From Tubiluchus corallicola (Eukaryota; Animalia; Priapulida), in NCBI GenBank assembly GCA_030141605.1, contig JAQGDQ010000460.1, positions 118,238 through 182,237 of the forward strand: DNA of 64,000 nt, given 5' to 3'. Positions 26,263 to 38,749 of this stretch are shown piece by piece (positions within the stretch are counted from its first letter, which is position 1; each line of letters starts with the position of its first letter). Under the pieces are notes generated by a model. The model did no database searches, was not told where the DNA came from, and saw only the letters and a program-made list of their open reading frames with translations. Position numbers and translations under genes: made by a program.

Positions 26263-26468
26263 CTCTGCTATCCATGAAGCAAATAATGCAACTTCCTCGT
26301 TTATACCTCCACCTGGTGCCAAAGAGCAAATGTGTTCGTGGATCAAAGGCTGCTTAACTGACAACTCTTCAACAATGCTGCCAGCCACTCTTTGGACACG
26401 ATCGTTTGACAGGTGTTCTTTGCAGATAAAGTACACGCACTCGGCTTCGTAACGGAGGTTATTTGTAC
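26263..26468 (-). CDS. TBC-like gene exon 6 (TNNLRYEAE...QPLIHEHI...FASWIAE)
   Basis: ttttag| acceptor, GAG|GTGAGA donor, phase 1 to 0. Confidence 0.82.
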
Positions 26469-26982
26469 CTAAAAGTGTGTATATTTGATAACACACTGTA
26501 CTGTAAAAAATGACTACTAGGGTAAGTATATCCTGCCAGAAAGCACTTGGAATCATGTCGATATTGTGGCTTTCAATGTCAAACCGAACTTCAGCTTTTT
26601 CGCATCTGGATCGAATCGAATTCAGTTTTAAAGATATTCAAACCAGTCTCGCAAAGATGATGTATATTACTTATTTTGTTCTGCAGTAAAAACACTAATA
26701 TTTTGTTTAAAAATTTTGCACAGAAATTGCAGATAAATTGTGCTAATTGCATGATGTTTCAAATGTTAAAGAACACGTGTAGTCAAACAGCTGAATTATT
26801 CAAATCTACAATTGTAGGCTCGAATCGAATTCGAACTAAGAAAACTTATTCGAATCAAATTCGAACATTCGATTACTCCTACAAAATACACGATTAATTA
26901 ATTATTTGACTTAAAATTTCATACATACAGCCTTATGAGTAAAGTAAATATTCGTAATTTTAATCTCCTCTTTAATATCTTC

Positions 26983-27023
<41 letters not shown>

Positions 27024-27093
27024 CATTATCATTATCATTATCATTATCATTATCATTATCATTATCATTATCATTATCATTATCATTATCATT

Positions 27094-27155
<62 letters not shown>

Positions 27156-27160
27156 TATCA
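26983..27160. repeat. Compound microsatellite (ATT)n-(ATTATC)n-(ATC)n
   Basis: Directly visible; source of the poly-I/M/D pseudo-ORFs. Confidence 0.95.
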
Positions 27161-28814
27161 TTAACGTTGTCATCTTCATCAATCATCACAATCATTGATT
27201 AACTAAATTAATTTGGAAATCAGGAATGATGTGTTGTAATGAGTTCATTATATTTATTCTAATAAAAGAGTTTATTTTACACAAATAAATAATCAATAAG
27301 TTAGTCAAGTATACAAAATTGGTAATTCGAAAAACATGTAACAAGTGTTTTTAAAAAAGGTCAACTCGCCTACTGGTCCCAACAAGCCACTGACAGTAAG
27401 GACACCCCTTACGATATCCTTAAGACATTCATAAGTCACTTGACAAGAAGCACACGGTTTTATTTTTGAGTTTATCGTTTAATTCTGTGTTGTAAAACAT
27501 GAAGGTAATCCCACTATAAATCTTATTGATGATGATGATAAGTCTTTATTAGCCTCTTTTTTGTAGACAAAAATTTCTGTACAGACATTACTTAATTTTA
27601 CATAGACGCTGGAGTGGCTTCTACCATATTACATGTTACGCACTCTGTAATTAGCTTTTTTAATTTGTGCGTTTAACATTATTTACAGTAATGTTAAACA
27701 AGAAGTATTGTAGTGAGCGCTAAAATCAAGGTAATTAATGAAGCAAGTTTCATGTCTAGTAACATAATGCAGATAAATTAATATACGAAATTATTAAATT
27801 CCGAATACAATATTTAAATCCACAAGACTTACAATCAGTAATCTCAAGAACTACACAAATTTAATTCCTACTTTACCATAAATTAACAGCAAGATCTTAA
27901 AATAAAAGGGTCCTTTAATTACATTATAAATCTTAGCAACGTACAAAATCACTAAAAAATTGATCTCCACTTGCTTTATGATTTAATTGCTCATCCAAGT
28001 TACTCACGAGTCAGTTTAAATAATTTAGTCTTAATAACTTAAATAAATAAATTAGATCAGGAACTTAGTCTTTGAATTGTTTCTACAGTGTAACTCGGAA
28101 TATGTCTTGGGCAAGTTCAAGCTCCAATTTAATCATCAAATTTATCGATTTTCTTTCATGATTTCTTATTGGTTGTGACCTAATCCTTCTATAATCAACT
28201 GCGTCACCAAATTTAGCTGAGAAAGTTAGAAGCAAGGCGAGAACCTCTGGATAGTAAATCCAGTGAAAGTACATAACCAGGTACGTATTAACCAATAGGC
28301 TAACTAGGCTATAGCCTAGTGCGCCAACGTTTGGGGGGCTTCACATTTTCGAATTCTTGTTCTCCTCGGAAAATGTGTGTACTTTCATATTCATGTAAAG
28401 GGCGCATTTTATAACACACCACAGGCAGTTACTGAGCGCAGCTTTTATATAAGTGCCACGTAACGAACAGGTGCAAGACCTCAGACAACAAGCAGTTGAG
28501 CAGCCTTCTTGAATATAAGCGAAGTGCAAATACATATAATTAATAATGACTACGTAGAAACCAAGTTAATAGTGTTTCTAATACACCACAAGTAATTGGT
28601 TAATCTGCTCAATACATAAACAGCCATAAATTCACAATGAGCAGGACAAAACTATCAGCCTAGGGAATCGCAAAGTTTTGATCCACCCCTGGCTATAACC
28701 ATGAATGAACAGATTCTTTTCAATAGACAAATAAAAAATAAACAAATTTAAAATGCTAAATCTTTATCTGCAACCATATTTTCTGAAACAATAATAAAAA
28801 ATATTAAACTGTAC

Positions 28815-29047
28815 CTGTCGTAACATACATTAACGGCAGAAGTAACGACACATGACCTGGTGTCACCTTCCCAAGCATGTCTTCCACCACAGCTAGCACT
28901 GTGGGAGCACGATTTTTCACCTTGTCTGCAACCTGAACGGGAAGCTTTATTTTCTTCACTAGGCTATCGACAAGATCGCTTAGCTTCTCCGTGCTGCTGG
29001 TACGTGATTGGTCGCTTTTGGCTGGTGGTGACGTAATTTGTTTTGCT
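28815..29047 (-). CDS. TBC-like gene exon 5 (AKQITSPP...TPGHVSLLLPLMYVTT)
   Basis: ttgttag| acceptor, CAG|GTACAG donor, 233 nt open, phase 2 to 1. Confidence 0.82.
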
Positions 29048-29067
29048 CTAACAATGAAATGTAAATA

Positions 29068-29676
29068 CAGTGTTCCCTCACTTATCGCGGGTATTCCGTT
29101 CCAGGCCCACCCACGATAACTGAATTTCCACGAAGTAGGGATATACTTATTTTAGTAATTATACATAATTTTAAGTCTTTATAAACCCTCTCCACACTCT
29201 TAAACATAACCCTTTCCCATTACCCTAATAACTTTTCCCTTACTGTACATGTACCTTTTAAAAAACTTTACATAAATGTTCATAATTGTGTACAATCTCA
29301 CGTCGGCAAGTAGCATCTCAAGCGGGCGCAAGTACATTTTGTACTACATTTCGTTTTTGGTGTGTATTCATCCGCCGAATAAACACACTATTTACTGTAA
29401 ATGGCAAATTTTTATGATTTATAATATTCTTTTAATGTTAGAATTAATATTTTTAATATGTTTTTATACATTTTGTGATGTTTATACAAAATTCAGCAAA
29501 TCTATACATTACTGTACAATACGTACTACGCATGTGCAAAAATACTTCAGATGGAGTACCGCAAAAACCCGCGAAACAGCGAAAATACTGCGATAAATAT
29601 TTTACATTAATATTTTGAAAACCCGCGAAACAGCGAGTCCGCGACAAACGAACCGCGAAGTAGCGAGGGAACACTG
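29068..29676. mobile_element. Tc1/mariner-pogo (Tigger-like) MITE, copy 2
   Basis: TA TSD, TIR cagtgttccctcacttatcgcgg / ccgcgaagtagcgagggaacactg. Confidence 0.9.
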
Positions 29677-30563
29677 TACAGGGAGATTTTCTTATCAACG
29701 CCTGCTAGATTTTTATTTCTCACAAATACAAGCATGTCAGTATTAACAATTACAAATTCTGTTATCTCTCTCACATTAAATAACCTTACACTGTCAAGCC
29801 TTTTATTTATTACTTTAAGTACAAGAAAACCCACCCTTTACTTACATAAAGCTCAAAAAATTTGTTCTGAAATTTATACTACTTACATACTGCCTTTTTG
29901 CATACAGAGCGTGCGTCGGTAGTAATGCTGTATAAAACATGTAAATTTAAACACCTGCGATGACCGTTAAGCGCACCCATTTTGAAGGTAGGTCGTTTGA
30001 AACAAGTTTAGATAACATTGCGTGAAGTTTGAAAAAATAATCAGAGCATTCGTAGTGCACAAGTTACTAACTAAGTAAAATTTTAAATTACTGTATCTTG
30101 TCAATAAGATTAAAAATACGTTTTTGGTTAGTGAGTGGTGCACCCTGGTGAGTCAATGATATTTTACCAATTCGCACGAATGTTTTAAATTATTATTTCT
30201 AGTCACATAAGTCTTTCCAGCAGGTAAGCAAAATGTTAAGTAATATAGGTTTGCATGGAAAATTTTTGGGACATAATTTAACATTTCCTTTTCTTCGCCT
30301 GATTCACATTGTGCGTATATGACGTCATGTAATGGCGACTTCGGAACAGAATTGCAGGAGATTTAAATCGAAACCAAACAAAAATTCCTTTCAACTCGTG
30401 TACGATATACGCGTAAAATTACTATAAGGTATAGTATAATTTTTAAGGCGGCTTTTCTGAAACCTAATTCAGGTACCCCTTTTCTTTAACGTGAAATGTT
30501 GGTTTCAGTGATTTCTACAGACTTTAACATAGTAAATTTGCAGTACGTAACTGCAGCCCTTAC

Positions 30564-30745
30564 CTGATTTTTGACAAACCATCTTCCCACACAACACGAC
30601 GCAATACCAAAGGTAGAAAAACACCATGGAGCTGTTGCCGAAAAATTTCAATTTTCCCAATCAAAGCCAGCGCTACTTCAAAAGCCGAAGTGGATATCAT
30701 GTTAGTATGTGCACCACAAGGTTCCATAAAGTTATTGATACCAGT
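30564..30745 (-). CDS. TBC-like gene exon 4 (TGINNFMEP...LPLVLRRVVWEDGLSKI)
   Basis: tttttag| acceptor, CAG|GTAAGG donor, phase 0 to 2; LPxxLRxxVW resembles the first TBC motif. Confidence 0.85.
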
Positions 30746-31024
30746 CTAAAAAGCACAAATGAGGATGTCAATTTATCTCTAGATAACAGTATAAAAAGAA
30801 TTTATATAAATATATATAATTTTCGTTTTTACTAGTTTAAATTTTTAAACACATTTTGCTCAGAGTTTTCATTTTTTGCACCAGACGCCATTGCTTATTA
30901 GCAGTGTAGCACATTCATGACAGGCAGTTACTGAATTATTGAAGAAGATAATGTGATAAAGTACCCTGTAACAAAGATTTTACCTTTCGAAGCGGCTGAT
31001 AACAAAGATTTTGCCTCGAACTCA

Positions 31025-32135
31025 AGACTGCATGGTTGCAGTCCGAAACCTAAACCACTCGGCCTCTGAACCCAGGACATGGGACATGCGGACATACAGT
31101 TTTGGTTTGGTTTTCGGGCTAATTTCTAGCGGTTTCTATATTTATGTCTTACGATTATAAAGTTTATCTACAATAGTTAATAGTGTGTGTATGCAGGCCT
31201 ATTAATTTTAGCTGGTTTATAGGTAATGTTAGCTTGTGATATTTTTTATAGTAATCTACTTACTAATTCATATATATCCGTAGGTTACATATTTATTGGT
31301 TTTAATTTGAAATTTCTCGTTTGGTAATGTGTATATATGTAGCACAGGTTGTGAGTTATTAAGTTAGTGTTTATGAGTTACAATTTATGCATGTAAGATG
31401 AATTTTAAATGTCTAATAATTTTTTTTAATTAGAGGTGATTGAAGTAAATTACAGATGAAGCAGAGGTGTAGCACAGAACTTAAAAGTGCTAAATCAGAA
31501 CATATATTTAAACATAAATTTAAAAAAAAATCAATTTTTAGTCGTATGGGCCTAATTAATCAATTTCTGTAATTAAAAATAATATGTCTTTATATTTTAT
31601 AAAGATCTTTACACTGTAGTTTTCGTAACACTGCAAAAATGGCTAATTTGGTTTAAATCTTCGCATCATCACCACCACAATTCATTATCATTGTTACCAC
31701 CACCACCATTGTCACCAGCATTAGTATCACCTTTGTTGTCATCATCATTATCATCACCATCAACATCATCATGATCGTTTTCTTGTATCCGTTTGCTTCG
31801 CTCCATTTAACGTAATATTTGATGTAGTTTGTGTCATTAATTAAGTCTTATCCATCTTGTACTAGTAAATAGATTAATATAAAAAAATCGTGAGCTAACA
31901 TTAATAGGCCTGCATACACACACTATTAACTATTGTAGATAAAGCTTAAAATCGTAATACATAAATATAGAAACCGCTAGAAATTAGCCCAAAAACCACA
32001 ACTGTATATCCGTATGTCCCATGTCCTGGGTTCAGAGGCCGAGTGGTTTAGATTTCAGACTGCAATTATGCAGTCATTCGCTCCATTTAACGTAATATTT
32101 TGTTGTTTACGTCATTAATTAAGTCTTGTCCTCCG
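31025..32135. repeat. Local inverted duplication (~190 bp arms) with a flanking ~55-bp direct repeat
   Basis: 31025-31213 is the reverse complement of 31893-32076; 31797-31850 ~ 32077-32130. Confidence 0.85.
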
Positions 32136-32318
32136 TTCATTGTTAATTTCTTCTGTTGCTCTCATAATACTGTAATGCATTGTTAATTTGTAATTGTATA
32201 ACTTGTATTTTGTTGTATTGTGTTAAATGGATGAATAAATGAATCTGAATTATTTTAGCATGACGGTCTTTGGCAACTGTTCCGTCCTTAAATTGCACAT
32301 TTTAAATAATTAGCCTAC

Positions 32319-32543
32319 CTGTAGACGTGTCTCTTGCTCGGTGTCAAAGATCTGTTTGTCGAGTCTAGGTAACAGCAGATGATAGACGTTTGCCATGAAC
32401 ACAGCAGTGCTAGAACACTTCGAGGTTTTCTCGTAAGATTCCGCGTAGTAGACACGGGAAGCAGTATCTACCTGGACATCAATCCATTCTTTGGCTTCGT
32501 TAAGGAGCTTCTCTCGCTGAGCTTTGGTAGTTTTAATAGCATT
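32319..32543 (-). CDS. TBC-like gene exon 3 (NAIKTTKAQREKLL...DTEQETRLQ)
   Basis: tatcctag| acceptor, CAG|GTAGGC donor, 225 nt open, phase 0 to 0. Confidence 0.82.
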
Positions 32544-33289
32544 CTAGGATATATAAAACACAGTATTAATTCTGTTAACCATTGTATTGCTTAAATGTGG
32601 TATCTGCTGAAGTTTCCAGCCCCGTAAAAATTGTTCATATATCGTCGCGAATCAGCTAAATATTCGCGAGAAATGTAGCGAACAACAATTTTCTTCTTTT
32701 TTTTGTTAATGCGGGATTATTTGGCAAGTAGGCGGAAGAGTCGGGACTACTTTTTTAGCAGACGGAAAGAAAACCGCTTCTGTTTTAAATTTTTACAGAG
32801 TTTGGTGTTATTTTGTATCTTTATAAGTTTTAATAAAAGCATTTAGAGTTCTTATTAATCCATGTGTCTGTTTTCGCCTGCCTGCGTTTGCTGTTTGCAG
32901 GTTGTCTGTTTGGTTTGAAACAAGGTAAGGTAAAGTTTTTTGTTAAATTTAATCATCAATGACCAATGGTAGAAGTGCTAGTCGGAACGTAAAAGGAGGG
33001 TATTTTCTATATACATGATGACTCAGAGTTGATTCAGAGTCAACATACGGGGAATAGTATCTATCCCCTAGGCTTGGGATAAGTAGGAATTTTTACACAG
33101 AAAAGCCAAAACGCTCTAATTACATTATCCATACACAACTGCTGTCCAAGTAACTAGTATTATGTTAGTGAAATTGTATTTAAAAATCAAACATACTGTG
33201 AAAAAATCAGATTATCATCGTAAGGTGTCATCGAGAGACGTGTGATGCGATCAAATCAGATAATGACACCAAAAACCCAATGCTGCTTT

Positions 33290-33794
33290 CAGTGGCGGCC
33301 CGTACCTAAAACAACTGGGGTTGCTGCTTCAGAAAAATTTTAGCCATTGTTTTAATACAGTGTAAAACGAAACAAACACGTGTAATTTTAATGTTGTAAT
33401 TTTTAATTGTAATTTTAAACAAACAAACAAACATACAAAAATTTATACATAAACTTGATAAAATCCTAAATCAAAAATTTGTTTGCTTGTGAATAACCTA
33501 AATTGTCATGGTTGAAGAATATGCCGGCACATTGTTTTTTAAGCAAGCGACAACTGACAAAAAACTGTGTGAGCGACTGTACTTTCTCTACCTAGTAGCA
33601 GACACTAGCACTGCACCGTACAGGGTATTATCTAAGACACGTGCGCATGGCCCTACTACCCTCACGTGCTCTGGTTTTATACAATTATAACGAACTAAAG
33701 AAAAATGACTTATTGTATTGAATATTATCGATAATATAGAGTGAAAATAGGGGGTGCTGCAGTTGCAAAGTAACCTATACACGAGCCGCCACTG
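33290..33794. mobile_element. hAT-type MITE
   Basis: TIR cagtggcggcccgt/acgagccgccactg; 8-bp TSD GCTGCTTT on both sides. Confidence 0.9.
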
Positions 33795-34049
33795 GCTGCT
33801 TTATCGTATTTTAAAATTCTAGATAATTGAAGCATTCCTGTCACTAACAAACTCTCGGACATACGATCATCTTGATCATGCACATTATAATATCATCACT
33901 GCTGGAATCTTATAGGCTAGTAAAGGCTTCATTCTAGAGCCCCTCAAGCTTGGGGACCCCGAGCTTGAGGAGCCCTTCTGAACGACTTTCAAATAGAATT
34001 TTTTTTGAAAAATATTTATAATCTTTTCTTTCTTGAATAATTAATTTAA

Positions 34050-34583
34050 AGGAAGACCGGATGATTGTGTAAACACGAGATCAGAATAAAGAATGCTCTA
34101 AAATATTGAAAACTACAATAGCTTTTTTAAATCAAAGCTTAGATTGAATATTAATTACCTCGGATACTCAAATTTCATTAAACTTTCAAAGCTCAGTGAA
34201 TCTACTAAGATTGTCAGCAGGTGCTTTTTGTCACATTCGCGTGGCCGACAAATAGAAGGCGGTACCGTGATAACCATAATCATGAACTGTAGTGTTAGTC
34301 TCTGACGTGATATGATGTAGAGCCCATTTTCGTGACATCACGCATTTAAGCAGTGCTGTAACACTTATGCAAATGTGCTTGATGCGCAAGGGAAGATGCC
34401 TGCCATTGCACAAACTGTGATAAGTTTCTGACGTAAGCAATAGCTGTGTTCGGTTGTCGTTAATTAACTTTCTAAGGTAATTATTCAAATATAAGAAACA
34501 ATTACTAACTTTTATAGGCAAGAAAACGTATATTTAGGACAGTAAATTAAAATGATATTGAGTCTAAACAAACCGGTTTTCCT
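34050..34583. mobile_element. Kolobok-like MITE
   Basis: TTAA flanks; TIR aggaagaccgg / ccggttttcct. Confidence 0.65.
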
Positions 34584-34755
34584 TTAACAATGTAGCTAGT
34601 GTTGATTACCGTTATGAACTAATAAAACTATACAAATACTCTGAAAGAGTTTATAAGGTATTTATAAACAAAAACAGTCAAGTAGAAATTAGCGAAAAAA
34701 AATCATTCTAATGCATGGAAAACAAAAAAGAAATAATTAAAAAAAAATCAATTAC

Positions 34756-34887
34756 TATGTTGAATGATGTCTCGGGAAAGTTGTCCTTTAAACAGATACA
34801 TGTGAATTTCTCATAACAGTTTGCATACGTTGTCTTCAAGTCTTTATCCAACATGTCCACCATGTTGCTTTCAAGTTTCCTCTGCAA
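34756..34887 (-). CDS. TBC-like gene exon 2 (LQRKLESNMVDML...FPETSFNI)
   Basis: tatttag| acceptor (alternative in-frame cag 6 nt downstream), ATA|GTAATT donor, 132 nt open. Confidence 0.75.
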
Positions 34888-35399
34888 CTAAATAAATCAA
34901 ACCCGTCAATTTATCCAATTGAAATTAATTCGACGAATCTGTAAGCAAATACACACACGTAACGTGTTAATTTATAGTTTTCATCGTAATTACGTTATCA
35001 GACAATGACAGACAATCAGCACAGTGTCACATATTGTAAAATTTTGTATTTGCATCTTTCTTTTAGTTCACAATTTGCTACACATTTTGTCTTCTTGTAT
35101 TTGGTAACTGAGGTTTATCAACTAAACATGTTTCACTGCTAATCAAGCCGCTTTAACTGACCTTTGACATATATCATGATGTAGACAGCAATAGTAGTAC
35201 AGCAACAACAGCAGCAATAATACTAACAGCAACAATGACTGCAGAAACAGTACTAACAACAACAACGACAACAGTAATAATAGTAGTAACAGCATCAACA
35301 ACCAACAATGGCGACAATAATGTCACCACCACAACAACAGCAACAATGCAAACTATACATATTTTTGCTTTACTATTGGAGCAGATAATACTTCCTTAC

Positions 35400-35654
35400 T
35401 CGTAACCAAGTAGAACCCACAGTGTAGGATCTCGTGTAACAATCCTGCAGCCACAATTCCTGAAATTTGTGTTCCGATGATCGAGTTGATATGAGCTGCT
35501 GTTTCTCATCGTCAACGTCTGCAGTTTCTTTAGCAGTTGCACCATCATCACCATCATGCTTCTCAACTGACGTCGGCACTTCTGTTTTTGCAAGCCCTGG
35601 TTTCTTTCCCTTGGAAGTTTTACCGGTTGTTTTCAAATCTTTCCTTTCCTTCAT
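35400..35654 (-). CDS. TBC-like gene first coding exon (MKERKDLK...VGSTWLR)
   Basis: ATG at 35654, open frame, CGA|GTAAGG donor, phase 0. Confidence 0.75.
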
Positions 35655-35696
35655 TGTTAACTCCCGTGTTCATTTAGCCAAGAAGAACCTCCACAT

Positions 35697-35706
35697 GTCA
35701 CGTGAC
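35697..35706. promoter_or_regulatory. GTCACGTGAC palindrome (CLEAR/E-box) upstream of the TBC-like ATG
   Basis: Exact 10-bp match to the TFEB/MITF/USF consensus, 43 nt from the ATG. Confidence 0.4.
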
Positions 35707-37429
35707 CGAAAAACATTTCACAATGGTAACAGTAAGAACGAAAAGATGAAATAAGATATTTTTATGGCAAGGTACGAAGGATAAATTCAAACAATAAATT
35801 TTAAATTTTAACAATAAATCAAGTAGACTTGACATTACAAAAACACGTTTAATAAGCTCTGATACAAGAATTTTAAATGTAGTCTTTTCATCTCACCGAG
35901 CATCATAATAGTGTTTTGCCAGATTACTGCCTCTCCAAATTACTTCAGTAGTCATAGGTGTTACCTTGTAATCACATTAGTTATATTAATATGAAAAAAC
36001 TAACTTTTATACTTAATGAAAACAATGAAACTTGTGCAATAAAAATTAAATTAGTATTAAAAAGGAAACTGCAAAAAGCTAACATGATTCTCAACAATGC
36101 ATTAATGAAACAACTGCATATTCAGAGGGTGATGGTCACTCACATTAACCTTTTCTTCTTAATTATAAAGATCTACCTTAATTAAAAAGATGTCACTAAA
36201 GAGTGACATAACACAGGTTAAGCACAACAGCACAGTCAAATACGTCCGTTTTGATCTACAACATACAAATATATAATACATCAAGAAAAATAAACATGGT
36301 GTAATATATGCGCGGTACCTAGTTATTATCTTATTACGAAACGCAGAAATTATTTATTGATGTTCTGATGCTTGGCAGCGATGAACTATCAAACTACTGC
36401 CTAGGAAACAGTAGCAGCTTCCGGCTATGAAAAGGCTCTCAATACAATTAAACACAAATGTTCCTAACATTGATTAAAATGCAGCAGCTATATGTAGTAT
36501 AATAACTTACCTATGAACAAGAACAAGAGTACTGTTGGCTTTGTGGTGACTTGTTTGCACACTTGGTGACTTGCTAGACGCAGTTAATTAATGCTTAATT
36601 AAAGGAGTTTAAAATAGATTTTCCAAAGACTACATTGCTGTGACAGGCATGATAACTGTCCTGCATTGTATGCTTTTGTGTTGCAATGACGCAACACGGA
36701 GTAACAAGGTTAAAATGTAACCTCACATCCTTTTTGGAAATCATTGCATATTAGTATATTGCTTAGAAACACAGAAAAATATTGTGTGCAGTTTTATCAC
36801 AGTGCATTGTGTGTTTGTAGTTTATCTTTTATTCTTGAATTTCTAGTTGCACTTATAGTTTAGCTTGAACCAGACTAATTGAACCTTTTATATGAACTAA
36901 CACTGATTGTCTGTCTTTTTTATTATGATGGTCAATGTTCTTAAAAAGGCAAAATAAAGATTATACCACCACCACCACCACCACCACCACCACCAACACC
37001 ACTAGTGTTACAGCTTAGCTTCGTCATTTTATATGAAAAGTGTCAGTACGAAAAGTATCGAATGTTTGATTGATTAACTTTAAAAAAGGAAAAAACTATC
37101 TTACTGACACGATTTGACTTCAAAATGGTGCTGCATCATTGTCAGCGAAAACTCGTTACGTCACTTCAAATCTCCACATATATCATCAATAAGTATCATA
37201 TCATATCAAATCATATTATATCAGACCGATCATCCATATAGATGTGATCCAATGATGGCGATCTCAGGGGGCAATACTGCATTTTGGTACATCAGGCAAC
37301 ATAACCTATAAAGTTTAAACATTTTAGTAGAGCACGCTATGCAGGCGACGTAAGTAAAAACTATAACAGATGATTGTAACTATGACTACGATGTAACCAT
37401 AATAGGCAGCTGTAATACAAAGTATAACT

Positions 37430-38150
37430 AAAACAATAAATGTAACTATAACTATAACTATAATAATAATAACAATAACTATGATTGTAGTAGTAACTTT
37501 AACTATAATAATAATAACAATAACTATAATTGCATTAGTAACTATAACTATAATTATAAAAATACCTATAACTATAATAAATATAACAATAACTATAATT
37601 GTATTAGTAACTATAACTATAATAATAATAACAATAACTATAATTGTGAGAGTAACTATAAGTCTATAACTATAATAATAATGATAATAACTGTATTTGT
37701 ATGAGTAAGTATAACTATAATTATAGCTATGACAGTAATAATAGCAATAACTATAATTGTATTAGTAACTATAACTATAAAAATAATTATAACTATAATA
37801 ATAATAACAATAAATGTGATTGTATTAGTAACTATATCTATAATAATAATAATAATAATAACAATAACTGTAATTGTATGAGCAAGTATAACTATAATTA
37901 TAGCTATAACTATAATAATAGCAATAACTATAATTGTATTAGTGACTATAACTATAATTATAAAAATAACTATAACTATAATAAAAATAACAATAACTAT
38001 AATTGTATTAGTAACTATAACTATAATAATAATAACAATAACTATAATTGTGTGAGAAACTATAACTACAATAATAACAATAACTATAATTGCATTAGTA
38101 ACTATAACTATAATTATAACTGTAACTATAATAATAAAAAAACTATAACA
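37430..38150. repeat. Degenerate AT-rich (AACTAT/AAT)n low-complexity tandem repeat
   Basis: Repeated aactataattgtattagtaactat units. Confidence 0.9.
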
Positions 38151-38603
38151 ACAACGGCAACTGTAATTAGTGAAACCGTAGTTTAAAAAGTATCATAATT
38201 TAAAAAAACACGAGTATTTGTTTAAAGAAACATTAATACAACAAACACATTGCCATATCTAATATACAAAAACATCATTTTATTAGAAACAACAATATAT
38301 TGGTCACTGCTCCACATATTAACAGAAACAAGTGTAAATAGTATATACAGAGCCTGTGCTTAACAAGTTTAAGTACGCACAGTAAAAATATGGAGATTAT
38401 ACACTTAACTATTACATTTTAGCTAAACACCAAATTCTGATGGCTCAAATGAGCAGGATACTCATGATCCCGGGGAAGTCGACATATTTCTTATTAACCA
38501 ATACAAATTATGTATATAATATAGACAAATTATGTAGACGAACATTTTATGTAAGCTTTGAGAGCACCACTACGAACATGTAACCATTTCCTATTTGTTT
38601 CAG

Positions 38604-38749
38604 TTAAAGCGAGTCAGGTCCATCATGATAGGCGGCGGTCTAGATTTCGACGACTTTCCTAAAGAATTGAGGCTGCTGGAGGCTCCGTTCTGCCTGTGCG
38701 TGAAAGACTTGCGATCGCAGGTTGTGCGGGAGAGTTGCATAACGATTGC
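38604..38749 (+). CDS. CLASP: CLASP exon (TOG2: LKRVRS...VVRESCITIA)
   Basis: tttcag| ... GC|GTAAGT. Confidence 0.92.

Noticed and set aside
26911-27198. Poly-Asp/Met/Ile ORFs
   Set aside because: Translations of an ATC/ATTATC microsatellite inside an intron
28083-28246. Phase-compatible alternative terminal exon on the - strand
   Set aside because: It would truncate the TBC-like domain; exon 26468-26263 continues the motif series far better
29955-30065. Exon-like open frame on the - strand (LVHYECSDYFF...)
   Set aside because: Available acceptors place stop codons in frame and the donor is weak; looks like a repeat fragment
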